Source: Anthoceros angustus (lineage: Eukaryota > Plantae > Anthocerotophyta). Taken from it: a stretch of DNA of 64,000 nucleotides. Location of the stretch: NCBI GenBank assembly GCA_010909165.1, contig MU008163.1:682001-746000 (forward strand), read 5' to 3'. Shown here one piece after another: positions 14,400 to 26,130 of this stretch (position 1 is the stretch's first letter; the number at the start of each line of letters is the position of its first letter). The notes under the pieces are model-generated. The model ran no database searches and was not told the DNA's origin. It worked only from the letters and a program-made list of their open reading frames with translations. A program made the position numbers and the translations under genes.

Positions 14400-15625
14400 G
14401 CGTTCATGCCCGAGGTATTTGTTGAGCGGTGAAGTACGTAAATTCCTGGAGCATGGCATCATGCCGGATGGGTTGTCAAGGGAAGGACGGGCGGTCTTTC
14501 TCCATAAAGCTGCACCCTACTGCATACGGGAAGGTGTCCTGTACAAACTTGGGCCAGACGAAAAGATCCGACGGTGTCTCGAAGCTAAGGAGGCTGCACT
14601 CGTCACGGAGGCGTTGCATGCAGAAGAGGCAGGTGGACACTACTCGGTGCAGGTGACCGTTAAGAAGATTTTGAATGCCGGGTTTTGGTGGGCTACGATG
14701 CAAAAGGATGTGTGGGAGTTCACCCGGAGGTGTGATGCGTGTCGAGGGTTGGGCGGCCTCGTTGTCGACACAATGGCCTCTTACCTACATCGCCGAGAAG
14801 TGGGGAATCGATTTCGAGGGATCAAACCACCAACGCAATGGACGAGCGGTACATTTTGGTGGCTACGGATTATTGTACGAAGATGGTGGAAGTCAAGCAA
14901 CGGAAGGACGACGCTGCAGAGCCAAGTTTCTATTCGAGAACATCATAACCAGGTATGGATGTCCTTTAGAGTTGGTCAGCGACCGGGGGACACATTTCCT
15001 CAACTCGGTCGTTGAAACTCTGACCACCTACTTCAACATTCGGCATCGAAAGACGACCCCCTACAACCCCAAAGCGAATGGATTAACGGAGAAGACGAAT
15101 GGGTTGCTCTGCACAATCCTTACCAAGGTGACTGTGACACACATGTATGATTGGGATGCCAAGTTGCATTCGGCACTGTGGGCTTACAGGACCGCGGAAA
15201 AGGTAACCACCAAAAGACCCTTATTATCTAACGATGGCATGTCACCGTGATGCCGTGGAATTTGAAGTACCCACCCTACGTAATCATGGAGGATGAACGC
15301 ATGACTGTAGAGGATAGCCAGGTAGTTAGACTAGAATCATTCATAGAGCAGGAAGAACGTAGGGAGGATGCTTTAGAAGAAACGCAGCGGATTCAGGAAC
15401 TCAGAAAAGGCAGGCATGATGGGAGGTTGAGGAAGCAAGAGGCTATCGTGGACGGGATTTGGTTCTTCTATATGATAGTCGGTACCTAGACTTTCCAGGA
15501 AGCTTAGGCTAAGAGATGGATGGGACCTTACGAGGTGGTCGCAGATACGAGAATGGATCCGTGCAACTCGGTATTGGGGAATTATTGCCGAGTCAATGGG
15601 TGGAAGGTCAAGTACCTCCACCGAG
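14400..15625 (+). pseudogene. pol: Element A integrase (frameshifted)
   Basis: HHCC zinc domain (ALHAEEAGGHY...RCDAC), DDE core (GIDF, SDRG, NGLTEKTN) and a GPY module (WMGPYEV...VNGWKVKY). Confidence 0.9.
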
Positions 15626-15631
15626 TACTGT

Positions 15632-15666
15632 TGTTTGCGAGGACGCAAACAGTGAGGTGGGGAGTA
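15632..15666 (+). promoter_or_regulatory. AGGA-loop hairpin plus polypurine tract
   Basis: Perfect 8-bp stem TGTTTGCG-AGGA-CGCAAACA, then GTGAGGTGGGGAG-TA directly before TGTGG. Same design as the Athila TTGCTYG-AGGA-CRAGCAA/PPT region. Repeated at ~16719 and ~17782. Confidence 0.75.
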
Positions 15667-18600
15667 TGTGGAACGAAAGTTTGGGCAACCAGCCCAAAAG
15701 AGCAGAAAAAGTTTGGGCAACCAGCCCAAAAGAGCCAAGACAAACAAGTTTGATTTTTTTGGCTAAGAACGATTGAAGAGGAGCATGCCAAGAAATTTTC
15801 GAGAATCTTGAAGTCGGAGTTGTAGGATATTGTTAGGAAGGCAAAAGGATATCCAGAAGAAACGCAATGGATTAACGGAGAAGAAATCAAGGAGGAGGAG
15901 GAGGAGGAGGCGGCAAGGTGAAGGAGAAGGAAAAGGTAACCACCAACGCAATGGACGAGCGGTACATTTTGGTGGCTACGATGCAAAAGGAAATTAGAAT
16001 AGGGGGATATCCACTATATATGCTCATCAATAGGGAATAAATATATAGAGTAATTAGCAAGAGATTAATTAGGAGTAGGAAAATAGGTATTTAGATAGAA
16101 TTAGGATTTTGGAATGATGAACAATCTAGGGTTGTGTGGCCGCCGGTGGCGCCATCCAAAGGGCAAAGTGCGCTTTGGGCGCGCCAACTTCCTTCGAGCT
16201 AAGGCGAACTCACTCCCAAGAGGCGGGCGGAGCGCAAAGAAGGAAGGAGAAGGAAGGACGGGCGGTCTTTCTCCATAAAGCCGCACCCACGAACGAGAGG
16301 AAGGCGAAGGAGAAGGAAGACCCCCTAGCGGGAAGGAGAAAGAGGAGGCGGCAAGCAGGCGCTCGGGGCAGAGCTCTTGAATCGGGAAGAGACACATTGA
16401 AGGAGCCACCGCCATGGAGGTGCAACAAGTCGAGGAGGAGGCGGCAAGGTGAAGGAGGTGAGAGTAGAAGGAATTGGGCCACTGTGAACTCGTAAAAGGC
16501 ATGATGGGAGGTTGAGGAAGCAAGAGGCTATCGTGGACGGGATTTGGTTCTTCTATATGATAGTCGTACCTAGACTTTCCAGGAAGCTTAGGCTAAGGAT
16601 GGATGGGACCTTACGAGGTGGTCGCAGATACGAGAATGGATCCGTGCAACTCGGTAGGGCGAGAATTATCACCGAGTCAATGGGTGGAAGGTCAAGAAGT
16701 ACCTCCACCGAGTACTGTTGTTTGCGAGGACGCAAACAGTGAGGTGGGGAGTATGTGAACGAAAAAGTTTGGGCAACCAGCCCAAAAGAGCCAAGACAAA
16801 CAAGTTTGATTTTTTTGGCTAAGAACGATTGAAGAGGAGCATGCCAAGAAATTTTCCGAGAATCTTGAAGTCGGAGTTGTAGGATATTGTTAGGAAGGCA
16901 AAAGGATATCCCGAGGAAAAGGTAACCACCAACGCAATGGATTAACGGAGAAGACGAATGGGTTGCTCGCACAATCCTCAAAATCCGACCATGGAGGTGC
17001 AACAAGTCGAGGAGGAAGGCGGTGGACACTACCGTGGTAAGCCAAATCTCGCAAAAGGAAATTAGAATAGGGGGATATCCACTATATATGCTCACCAATA
17101 GGGAATAAATATATAAGAGTAATTAGCAAGAGATTAAGTAGGAAAATAGGTATTTAGATAGAATTAGGATTTTGGAATGATGAACAATCTAGGGTTGTGT
17201 GGCCGCCGGTGGCGCCATCCAAAGGGCAAAGTGCGCTTTGGGCGCGCCAACTTCCTTCGAGCTAAGGCGAACTCACTCCCAAGAGAGCAAGAAGCGGCCG
17301 AGGTTGGAAAGGCAAGGGAAGGAGAAGGAAGGTGCCATGCCTCGAGCTGGAAAAGGCAAGGGAAGGAGAAGGAAGACCCCTAGCGGGAAGGAGAAAGAGG
17401 AGGCGGCAAGCAGGCGCTCGGGGCAGAGCTCTTGAATCGGGAAGAGACACATTGAAGGAGCCACCGCAAGGGCTCCTCGCGAGGAGGAAGGCGGTGGGGA
17501 GGTGAAGGAGGTGAAGGAGGTGAAGGAGAAGGAAGGTGCCATGCCTCGAGCTGGAAAAGGCGCATGATGGGAGGTTGAGGAAGCAAGAGGCTATCGTGGA
17601 CGGGATTTGGTTCTTCTATATGATAGTCGTACCTAGACTTTCCAGGAAGCTTAGGCTAAGGATGGATGGGACCTTACGAGGTGGTCGCAGATACGAGAAT
17701 GGATCCGTGCAACTCGGTAGGGCGAGAATTATCACCGAGTCAATGGGTGGAAGGTCAAGAAGTACCTCCACCGAGTACTGTTGTTTGCGAGGACGCAAAC
17801 AGTGAGGTGGGGAGTATGTGAACGAAAAAGTTTGGGCAACCAGCCCAAAAGAGCCAAGACAAACAAGTTTGATTTTTTTGGCTAAGAACGATTGAAGAGG
17901 AGCATGCCAAGAAATTTTCCGAGAATCTTGAAGTCGGAGTTGTAGGATATTGTTAGGAAGGCAAAAGGATATCCCGAGGAAAAGGCAAGGGAAGGAGAAG
18001 GAGTGTTTGGAGGTGAAGGCCCACGCCAAGAATGGCTGGAAGACCGAGAGCATCAAGGAGTGAAGGCCCACGCCAAGAATGGGTGGAAGACCGAGAGCAT
18101 CAAGGAGGAAAGGCAAGGGCTCCTCGCGAGAAAAAGGAAATTAGAATAGGGGGATATCCACTATATATGCTCACCAATAGGGAATAAATATATAAGAGTA
18201 ATTAGCAAGAGATTAAGTAGGAAAATAGGTATTTAGATAGAATTAGGATTTTGGAATGATGAACAATCTAGGGTTGTGTGGCCGCCGGTGGCGCCATCCA
18301 AAGGGCAAAGTGCGCTGCGCCAACTTCCTTCGAGCTAAGGCGAACTCACTCCCAAGAGATCGAGATCAAGCCGGAGCAAAAGAAGAAGAGCAAGAAGGCC
18401 GCGCACCCCACGAACGAGAGGAAGGAGAAGAAATCAAGGAGGAAAGGAGAAAGAGGAGGAAGGCCGAATGGTGGAAGACCGGAGGAAGAGAGCTCAACAC
18501 CGGGAAGAGACACATTGAAGGAGCCACCGCAGAGAGCGCGAGTTGGAGCGCCAAGAAGCGGCCGAGAAGGAGTGAAGGAGAGTGAGAGTAGAAGAGGAGA

Positions 18601-18809
18601 AGGAAGGTGCCATGCCTCGAGCTGGAAAAGGCAAGGGAAGGAGAAGAAATCAAGGGAAGGAATGCTAGAGGCAAGAGGCTCAAGCAGGCTAACGTGTGCT
18701 TGTGCCTCGTCGGGTGTGCTACGAGAAGGAGTGTTTGGAGGTGAAGCTTGGAGCACACCAAATTGGGAAGTAATCCTCTTTGCTAGAGCGAGGGAGTAAG
18801 GAAGGTGCC

Positions 18810-21800
18810 ATGCCTCGAGTGGAAAGGCAAGGGAAGGAGCCGCAAGGGCTCTCCTCGCGAGGAGGAAGGCGGTGGGGAGGTGAAGGAGGTGAACTTGTGA
18901 TGCCCCAATTCACTTGCTTTCTTTGGGCAGCTCAACCCCGAGATTTGGTTGATTTTCGGCGTGGGCGGAGGAGAACATCCAACTAGGATGGGTGTATGGC
19001 CGCCAATGGGCCTACACCAATTTGGAATTGATTGAGGAGTGTTACATCAACCTCCATCAATCGGAAGCGCCCTGCACTGGGAAGGAATGCTAGAACGGAT
19101 CCCGTTGGACCGTAAGTATTCGACAGTGTATGGAAGACCGGAGGAAGAGAGCTCGGGTGCTCTCCTCGAAAGGTTGAATGGGGAAGAGGACAGCCCTCGA
19201 CATCCGCAGAGTTCCTTGACATGATGGATGGAGGAGTGAAGGCCCACGCCAAGAATGGGTGGAAGACCGAGAGCATCAAGGAGTCAAGTGGAGGCTCTTC
19301 GCAAAGATTGTGCTGGGGTTGGTAAATTACCAACGCACTCTTATTTCAAAGACCAACTTCCTCCAATTTTGTGGAAGATTTCCATGGGAGCCAAGCCGAT
19401 TGGGGACTATCATGTATGAAGCGTACATACACCATCGAGAGAAGCTCCTCAAGCCAAATTCGTGGATGAGGAAGGCCAAGGCCCTGCTATCTTAGCACCT
19501 ATTTGGTGCATTTATGGGAAACCGAGGGACTCCTCACAAGCAAGGAGCTTGAAGATGCATGGCATCCCTTTGAGGTCATCCATCTCCGGCCGAGGTTGGA
19601 AAGGCCTTTGCCTTTGCATTGCGAAGACGGTGGGGAGGTCGACCTCCACAAAATGCTAGAGGCAAGAGGAGGCAAGGGAAGAAGAGCAAGAAGCGGCCGA
19701 GGTTGGAAAGGCAAGGGCTCTCCTCGAAAGGTCGAATGGAGGAAGAGACACATTGAAGGAGCCACCGAGTCAATGGGTGGAAGACCGAGAGCATCAAGGA
19801 GGAAGGCGGCAAGGTGAAGGAGAGTGAGAGTAGAAGAGGAAAATCGACACCTGCCAGGAGAAGAAATCAAGGAGGAAAAGGAATGCTAGAGGCAAGAGGC
19901 TAACGTGTGCTTGTGCCTCAGTGAGTCCCCGACGAGAAAAAGGAGTGTTTGGAGGTGAAGCTTGGAGCACCAAAATTGGGAAGTAATCCTCTTGCTAAGC
20001 GAGGGAGTAAGGAAGGTGCCATGCCTCGAGGAAAAGGCAAGGGAAGGAGCCGGCAAGGGCTCCTCGCGAGAGGAAGGAGAAGAAATCAAGGAGAAGCGGC
20101 CGGGAGGTGAACTTGTGATGCCCCAATTCACTTGCTTTGGGCAGCTCAACCCCGAGATTTGGTTGATTTTCGAAGGCGGAGGAGGAGAACATCCACTAGG
20201 ATGGGTGTATGGCCGCCAATGGGCCTACACCAATTTGGAATTGATTGAGGAGTGTTACATCAACCTCCATCAATCGGAAGCGCCGCCGCACCGGAAGGAA
20301 TGCTAGAACGGATCCCCGCTGGACCGTGAGAAGTATTCGACAGTGTATGGAAGACCGGAGGAAGAGAGCTCGAATTGCTCTCCTCGAAAGGTTGAATGGA
20401 GGAAGAGGACAGCCCTCCGACATCCCGCAGAGTTCCTTGACATGATGGATGGAGGAGTGAAGGCCCACGCCAAGAATGGCTGGAAGACCGAGAGCATCAA
20501 GGAGTCAAGTGGAGGCTCTTCGCAAAGATTGTGCTGGGGTTGGTAAATTACCAACGCACTCTTATTTCAAAGACCAACTTCCTCCAATTTTGTGGAAGAT
20601 TTCCATGGGAGCCAAGCCGATTGGGGACTATCATGTATGAAGCGTACATACACCATCGAGAGAAGCTCCTCAAGCCAAATTCGTGGATGAGGAAGGCCAA
20701 GGCCTGCTATCTTAGCACCTATTTGGTGCATTTATGGGAAACCGAGGGACTCCTCACAAGCAAGGAGCTTGAAGATGCATGGCATCCCTTTGAGGTCATC
20801 CATCTCCGGCCGAGGTTGGAAAGGCCTTTGCCTTTGCATTGCGAAGACGGTGGGAGGTCGACCTCCACAAAATGCTAGAGGCAAGAGGAGGCGAAGAAGA
20901 GCAAGAGCGAAGGGCAAAACAGAGGCTCTTCAACTGAGAGACACATTGAAGGAGCCGGCAAGGAGAAGCGGCCGAGGTTGGAAAGGCAAGGGAAGGAGCC
21001 GGCAAGGAGAAGGAGAGTGAGAGTAGAAGAGGAAAATCGACACCTGCCAGGAGAAGAAATCAAGGAGGAAAGGCAGCTGAGGCTCAAGATGTGGCTAACG
21101 TGTGCTTGTGCCTCAGTGAGTCCCCGACGAGAAAAAGGAGTGTTTGGAGGTGAAGCTTGGAGCACTCAAATTGGGAAGTAATCCTCTTGCTAAGCGAGGG
21201 AGTAAGGAAGGTGCCATGCCTCGAGGAAAAGGCAAGGGAAGGAGCCGGCAAGGGCTCCTCGCGAGAGGAAGGAAGGAGAAGGAGAAGCGGCCGGGAGGTG
21301 AACTTGTGATGCCCAATTCACTTGCTTTGGGCAGCTCAACCCCGAGATTTGGTTGATTTTCGAAGGCGGAGGAGGAGAACATCCACTAGGATGGGTGTAT
21401 GGCCGCCAATGGGCCTACACCAATTTGGAATTGATTGAGGAGTGTTACATCAACCTCCATCAATCGGAAGCGCCGCCGCACCGGAAGGAATGCTAGAACG
21501 GATCCCCGCTGGACCGTGAGAAGTATTCGACAGTGTATGGAAGACCGGAGGAAGAGAGCTCGAATTGCTCTCCTCGAAAGGTTGAATGGAGGAAGAGGAC
21601 AGCCCTCCGACATCCCGCAGAGTTCCTTGACATGATGGATGGAGGAGTGAAGGCCCACGCCAAGAATGGCTGGAAGACCGAGAGCATCAAGGAGTCAAGT
21701 GGAGGCTCTTCGCAAAGATTGTGCTGGGGTTGGTAAATTACCAACGCACTCTTATTTCAAAGACCAACTTCCTCCAATTTTGTGGAAGATTTCCATGGGA

Positions 21801-24800
21801 GCCAAGGATTGGGGACTATCATGTATGAAGCGTACATACACCATCGAGAGAAGCTCCTCAAGCCAAATTCGGTGGATGAGGAAGGCCAAGGCCCTGCTAT
21901 CTTAGCACCTATTTGGTGCATTTATGGGAAACCGAGGGACTCTCACAAGCAAGGAGCTTGAAGATGCATGGCATCCCTTTGAGGTCATCCATCTCCGGCC
22001 GAGGTTGGAAAGGCCTTTGCCTTTGCATTGCGAAGACGGTGGGAGGTCGACTCCACAAGCATGCTAGAAGCAAGAGGAGAAGGTTCGAGGCAACAAAGTT
22101 GCCGAGTGGGAATCCTTTCCCCACAGTGAGCAAGCAAGGAGAAGGAGAAGCGGCCGAGAAGGCCGATGGTGGTCTATGAGAGAAGGACCACGGGAGGGGT
22201 GGCCCAGGGTGGAGTCCCCACCATCTCCTTTGTGCCTACGAGAGGCACCCGACAGACTACCGGTGGGAGGCGGTCTACCCAAGGGGTGGGAGGCGGTCTA
22301 CCCAAGGGGTGGGAGGTCGACCTACCATGGTAGGTAGGCGGTCTACCCAAGGGGTGGGCAGCCTACCGCGGTGGCGGGCACCCCACGCCAAGAATGGCTG
22401 GAAGACCGGAGGAAGAGAGCAAGCAAGGGAAGGGAAGGAGAAGCGGCCGAGGCCACCATCTCCGCGCTGTGGGAGGCGGATGGAGCGGCAGTGAAGGGCC
22501 CGCGCCGATGGCCCGAGAGGCAGAGAGCTGGAGATTTCCAGCAAGAAGAAGTGAAATCTCAAGACATGGCCGGAGGCTCAAGAGCTAACGTGTGCTTGTG
22601 CCTCGGTGTGTGTGCGAGAAGGAGTGTTTGGAGGTGAAGCTTGAGCACTCAAATTGGGAAGTAATCCTCTTGCTAGGAGTAAGGAAGGTGCCATGCCTCG
22701 AGCTGGAAAAGGCAAGGGAAGGAGCCGCAAGGGCTCCTCGCGAGGAGGAAAGGCAAGGGAAGAAGAGCAAGAAGCGGCCGAGGTTGGAAAGGAGGTGAAC
22801 TTGTGATGCCCAATTCACTTGCTTTGGGCAGCTCAACCCCGAGATTTGGTTGATTTTCGGCATGGGCGGAGGAGAACATCCAACTAGGATGGGTGTATGG
22901 CCGCCAATGGGCCTACACCAATTTGGAATTGATTGAGGAGTGTTACATCAACCTCCATCAATCGGAAGCGCCCTCGCACTCGGAAGGAATGCTAGACGGA
23001 TCCCGTTGGACCGTAAGTATTCGGCAGTGTATGGAAGACCGGAGGAAGAGAGCTCGAATTGCTCTCCTCGAAAGGTCGAATGGAGGAAGAGGACAGCCCT
23101 CGACATCCCGCAGGAGTTCCTTGACATGATGGATGGAGGTGAAGGCCCACGCCAAGAATGGTGGAAGACCGAGAGCATCAAGGAGTCAAGTGGAGGCTCT
23201 TCGCAAAGATTGTGCTGGGGTTGGTAAATTACCAACGCACCTCTTATTTCAGCACCAACTTCCTCCAATTTTTGTGGAAGATTTCCATGGGAGCCAAGCC
23301 GGATTTGGGGACTATCATGTATGAAGCGTACATACACCATCGAGAGAAGCTCCTCAAGCCAAATTCGGTGGATGAGGAAGGGCCAAGGCCCTGCTATCTT
23401 AGCACCTATTTGGTGCATTTATGGGAAACCGAGGGACTCCTCACAAGCAAGGAGCTTGAAGATGCATGGCATCCCTTTGAGGTCATCCATCTCCGGCCGA
23501 GGTTGGAAAGGCCTTTGCCTTTGCATTGCGAAGACGGTGGGAGGTCGACCTCCACAAAATGCTAGAGGCAAGAGGAGAAGGTTCGAGGCAACAAAGTTGC
23601 CGAGTGGGAATCCTTTCTCAGCAAGCAAGGGAAGAAGAGCAAGAAGCGGCCGAGAAGGCCGATGGTGGTCTATGAGAGAAGGACCACAGGAGGGGTGACC
23701 CGGAGTGGGGAGTCCCCACCATCTCCTTTGTGCCTACGAGAGGCACCCCACCGGTGGGAGGCGGTCTACCCAAGGGGTGGGCAGCCTACCGTGGTGGCGG
23801 TCACCATGGTAGGTAGGCGGTCTACCCAAGGGGTGGGCAGCCTACCGCGGTGGCGGGCACCCCACGCCAGCAAGCCGGTGGCGGGGAAGGGAAGGAGAAG
23901 GAGAAGCGGCCGAGGCCACCATCTTCCGCGCGGTGGGAGGCGGATGGAGCGGCAGTGAAGGGCCCGCCGCTGCGATGGCCCGAGAGGTGAGAGCTGGAGA
24001 TTTCCAGAAGAAGAAAGAAGGGGTGGAATTAGGACCCCTAGGAGAATTCTTTGGGTGCTTGTGAAGCACTCGGTGGATTTGAAGGCTAGAAAGCAGCCTC
24101 CTTGTGGGCATGTCAAGAAGTGAAATCTCAAGACATGGCCGGGAAGGCGGACCAAATGGCAATTGGAGGCCATGGAGTCCGATGAAAAGGCAGCCAAGCT
24201 GGAAAAAGGCAGCCAAGCTGGAAAAGGTGTGGAGAAGCTCCAGCGACCTTATGGATCAGCGGAGAAGGTCTTGGAGGGAGGTTGTCAAGCAAGAAAGAGC
24301 CATCCGAGCAACCACCCAACGAGACTCATGGAGGCAAAGGCGGAGGAGCATTTTGCCCAATTAGAGCAAGAGCGAAGGGCAAAAGCAGAGGCTCGGAAGG
24401 AGAAGGTAGCGGTCCAGCAAATGGACATGAGAGCAGTGATGGCTACTCAAGCCAAATTCGTGGATGAGGAAGGCCAAGGCCTGCTATCTTAGCACCTATT
24501 TGGTGCATTTATGGGAAACCGAGGGACTCTCACAAGCAAGGAGCTTGAAGATGCATGGCATCCCTTTGAGGTCATCCATCTCCAGAGGTTGGAAAAGGCC
24601 TTTGCCTTTGCATTGCGAAGACGGTGGGAGGTCGACCTCCACAAAATGCTAGAAGCAAGAGGAGAAGGTTCGAGGCAACAAAGTTGCCGAGTGGGAATCC
24701 TTTCCGCTGTGAGCAAGCAAGGGAAGAGAGCAAGAAGCGGCCGAGAAGGCCGAATGGTGGTCTATGAGAGAAGGACCACAGGAGGGGTGACCAGAGTGGG

Positions 24801-26130
24801 GAGTCCCCACCATCTCCTTTGTGCCTACGAGAGGCACCGAGACTACCATGGTAGGTAGGCGGACTACCATGGTAGGTAGGCGGACTACCATGGTAGGTAG
24901 GCGGACTACCATGGTAGGTAGGCGGTCTACCCAAGGGGTGGGCAGCCTACCGCGGTGGCGGGCACCCCACGCCAGCAAACAGCCCTACGGTGGCGGGGAA
25001 GGGAAGGAGAAGGCGCCTAGGTGCGGGAGGCCCGGCCGAGGCCACCATCTCCGCGCTGTGGGAGAGCGGATGGAGCGACGGTGAAGGGCCCGCGCCGATG
25101 GCCCGAGAGGCAGAGAGCTGGAAATTTCCAGAAGAAGAAAGAAGGGGTGGAATTAGGACCCCTAGGAGAATTGGTGCTTGTGAAGCACTCACTGTGGATT
25201 TGAAGGGGCTAGAGCAGCCTCCTTGTGGGCATGCCAAGAAGAAGTGAAATCTCAAGACATGGCCGGGAAGGCAGGACCAAATGGCAATTGGAGGCCATGG
25301 AGTCCGATGAAAAGGCAGCCAAGCTGGAAAAGGCTGTGGAGAAGCTCCAGCGACCTCATGGATCAGCGGAGAAGGTCTTGAGGGAGGTTGGCTCAAGAAG
25401 AAAGAGCCATTCGAGCAACCACCCAAAGACTCATGGAGGCAAAGGCGGAGGAGCATTTTGCCCAATTAGAGCAAGAGCGAAGGGCAAAACAGAGGCTCGG
25501 AAGGAGAAGGTAGCGTCCAAAGAATGGACGAAGAATCAGTGATGGCTACAAGCCATCAAAATCCGGACATGAAGGAAGAGTTGAGAAGAGCCGGTTTAGT
25601 TTGGAAGAAGCTCGGCTGGAAATTCAAAACCAAGACAGTGAGGAGCGAGAAAGATGCTTGGCAAGCGGAGAGGAAGGGCTTGCTCAACAATAGAGGACTT
25701 GGAAGGAAAAGGTCCAGAGGAGGAGTACCACAAGAAGGTGGTGCATAGAATCTTGGTAGTAAGGAAGCGAGGTTTTGGGCGGATTATGCCCTTGAGCAAA
25801 ATTGGCCAGCCTAAAGGAAGCAAGGGAGGAGAATGTGACCTCCATGTCAAGGTGGGGAATTGACCACCTCAAGGGACGCCTACAAAGGTAGGTGTGAAGA
25901 TGGAGAGTGGCCCACGGAGATTGATGATCTCCAAATGCAATATCATAGCTTGGGGGCTCACCTCCACAATAGAATTTTGAAGGCCAACAATGAGATCTTG
26001 CGTTTGGCCAAGAGGAGGACATTGGGTCCTCATGATGATGAAAGGAGCTGCAGTGCAGCGAGGCCTCCGATTTTGATGAGGCCATCGTGAAATGGACTCA
26101 GGAATCGAGGAGTCGAGGAAGGGGAGGAGG
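18810..26130 (+). pseudogene. Extra sense ORF of element A (Athila env-like/Transposase_32-like N-domain plus coiled coil); N-domain repeated at 18810, ~20020, ~21215 and ~22690
   Basis: MPRAGKGK...ELVMPQFTCFG...IQLGWVYGRQWAYTNLELIEECYINLHQ...FLWKISMGAKPD(W/L)GTIMYEAY...CYLSTYLVHLWETEG, then E/K/A-rich helical segments (24163-24492, 25524-26090). A protein-level homolog at 61266-61667(-) supports real coding. Confidence 0.65.
24841..24924 (+). repeat. 21-bp tandem repeat x4 containing the palindrome CTACCATGGTAG
   Basis: GACTACCATGGTAGGTAGGCG repeated four times; open in one + frame (TTMVGRR)n. Confidence 0.9.

Noticed and set aside
13500-14400. Additional archaeal-type RNase H of Tat elements
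   Set aside because: No DG(A/S), NN.AEY or DS.LV motifs.
24841-24924. CRISPR-like short palindromic repeats
   Set aside because: Head-to-tail tandem units without spacers, no cas genes, eukaryotic retroelement context.
18810-26130. True retroviral envelope gene
   Set aside because: No signal peptide or clear transmembrane helix visible in the reconstructed frame.
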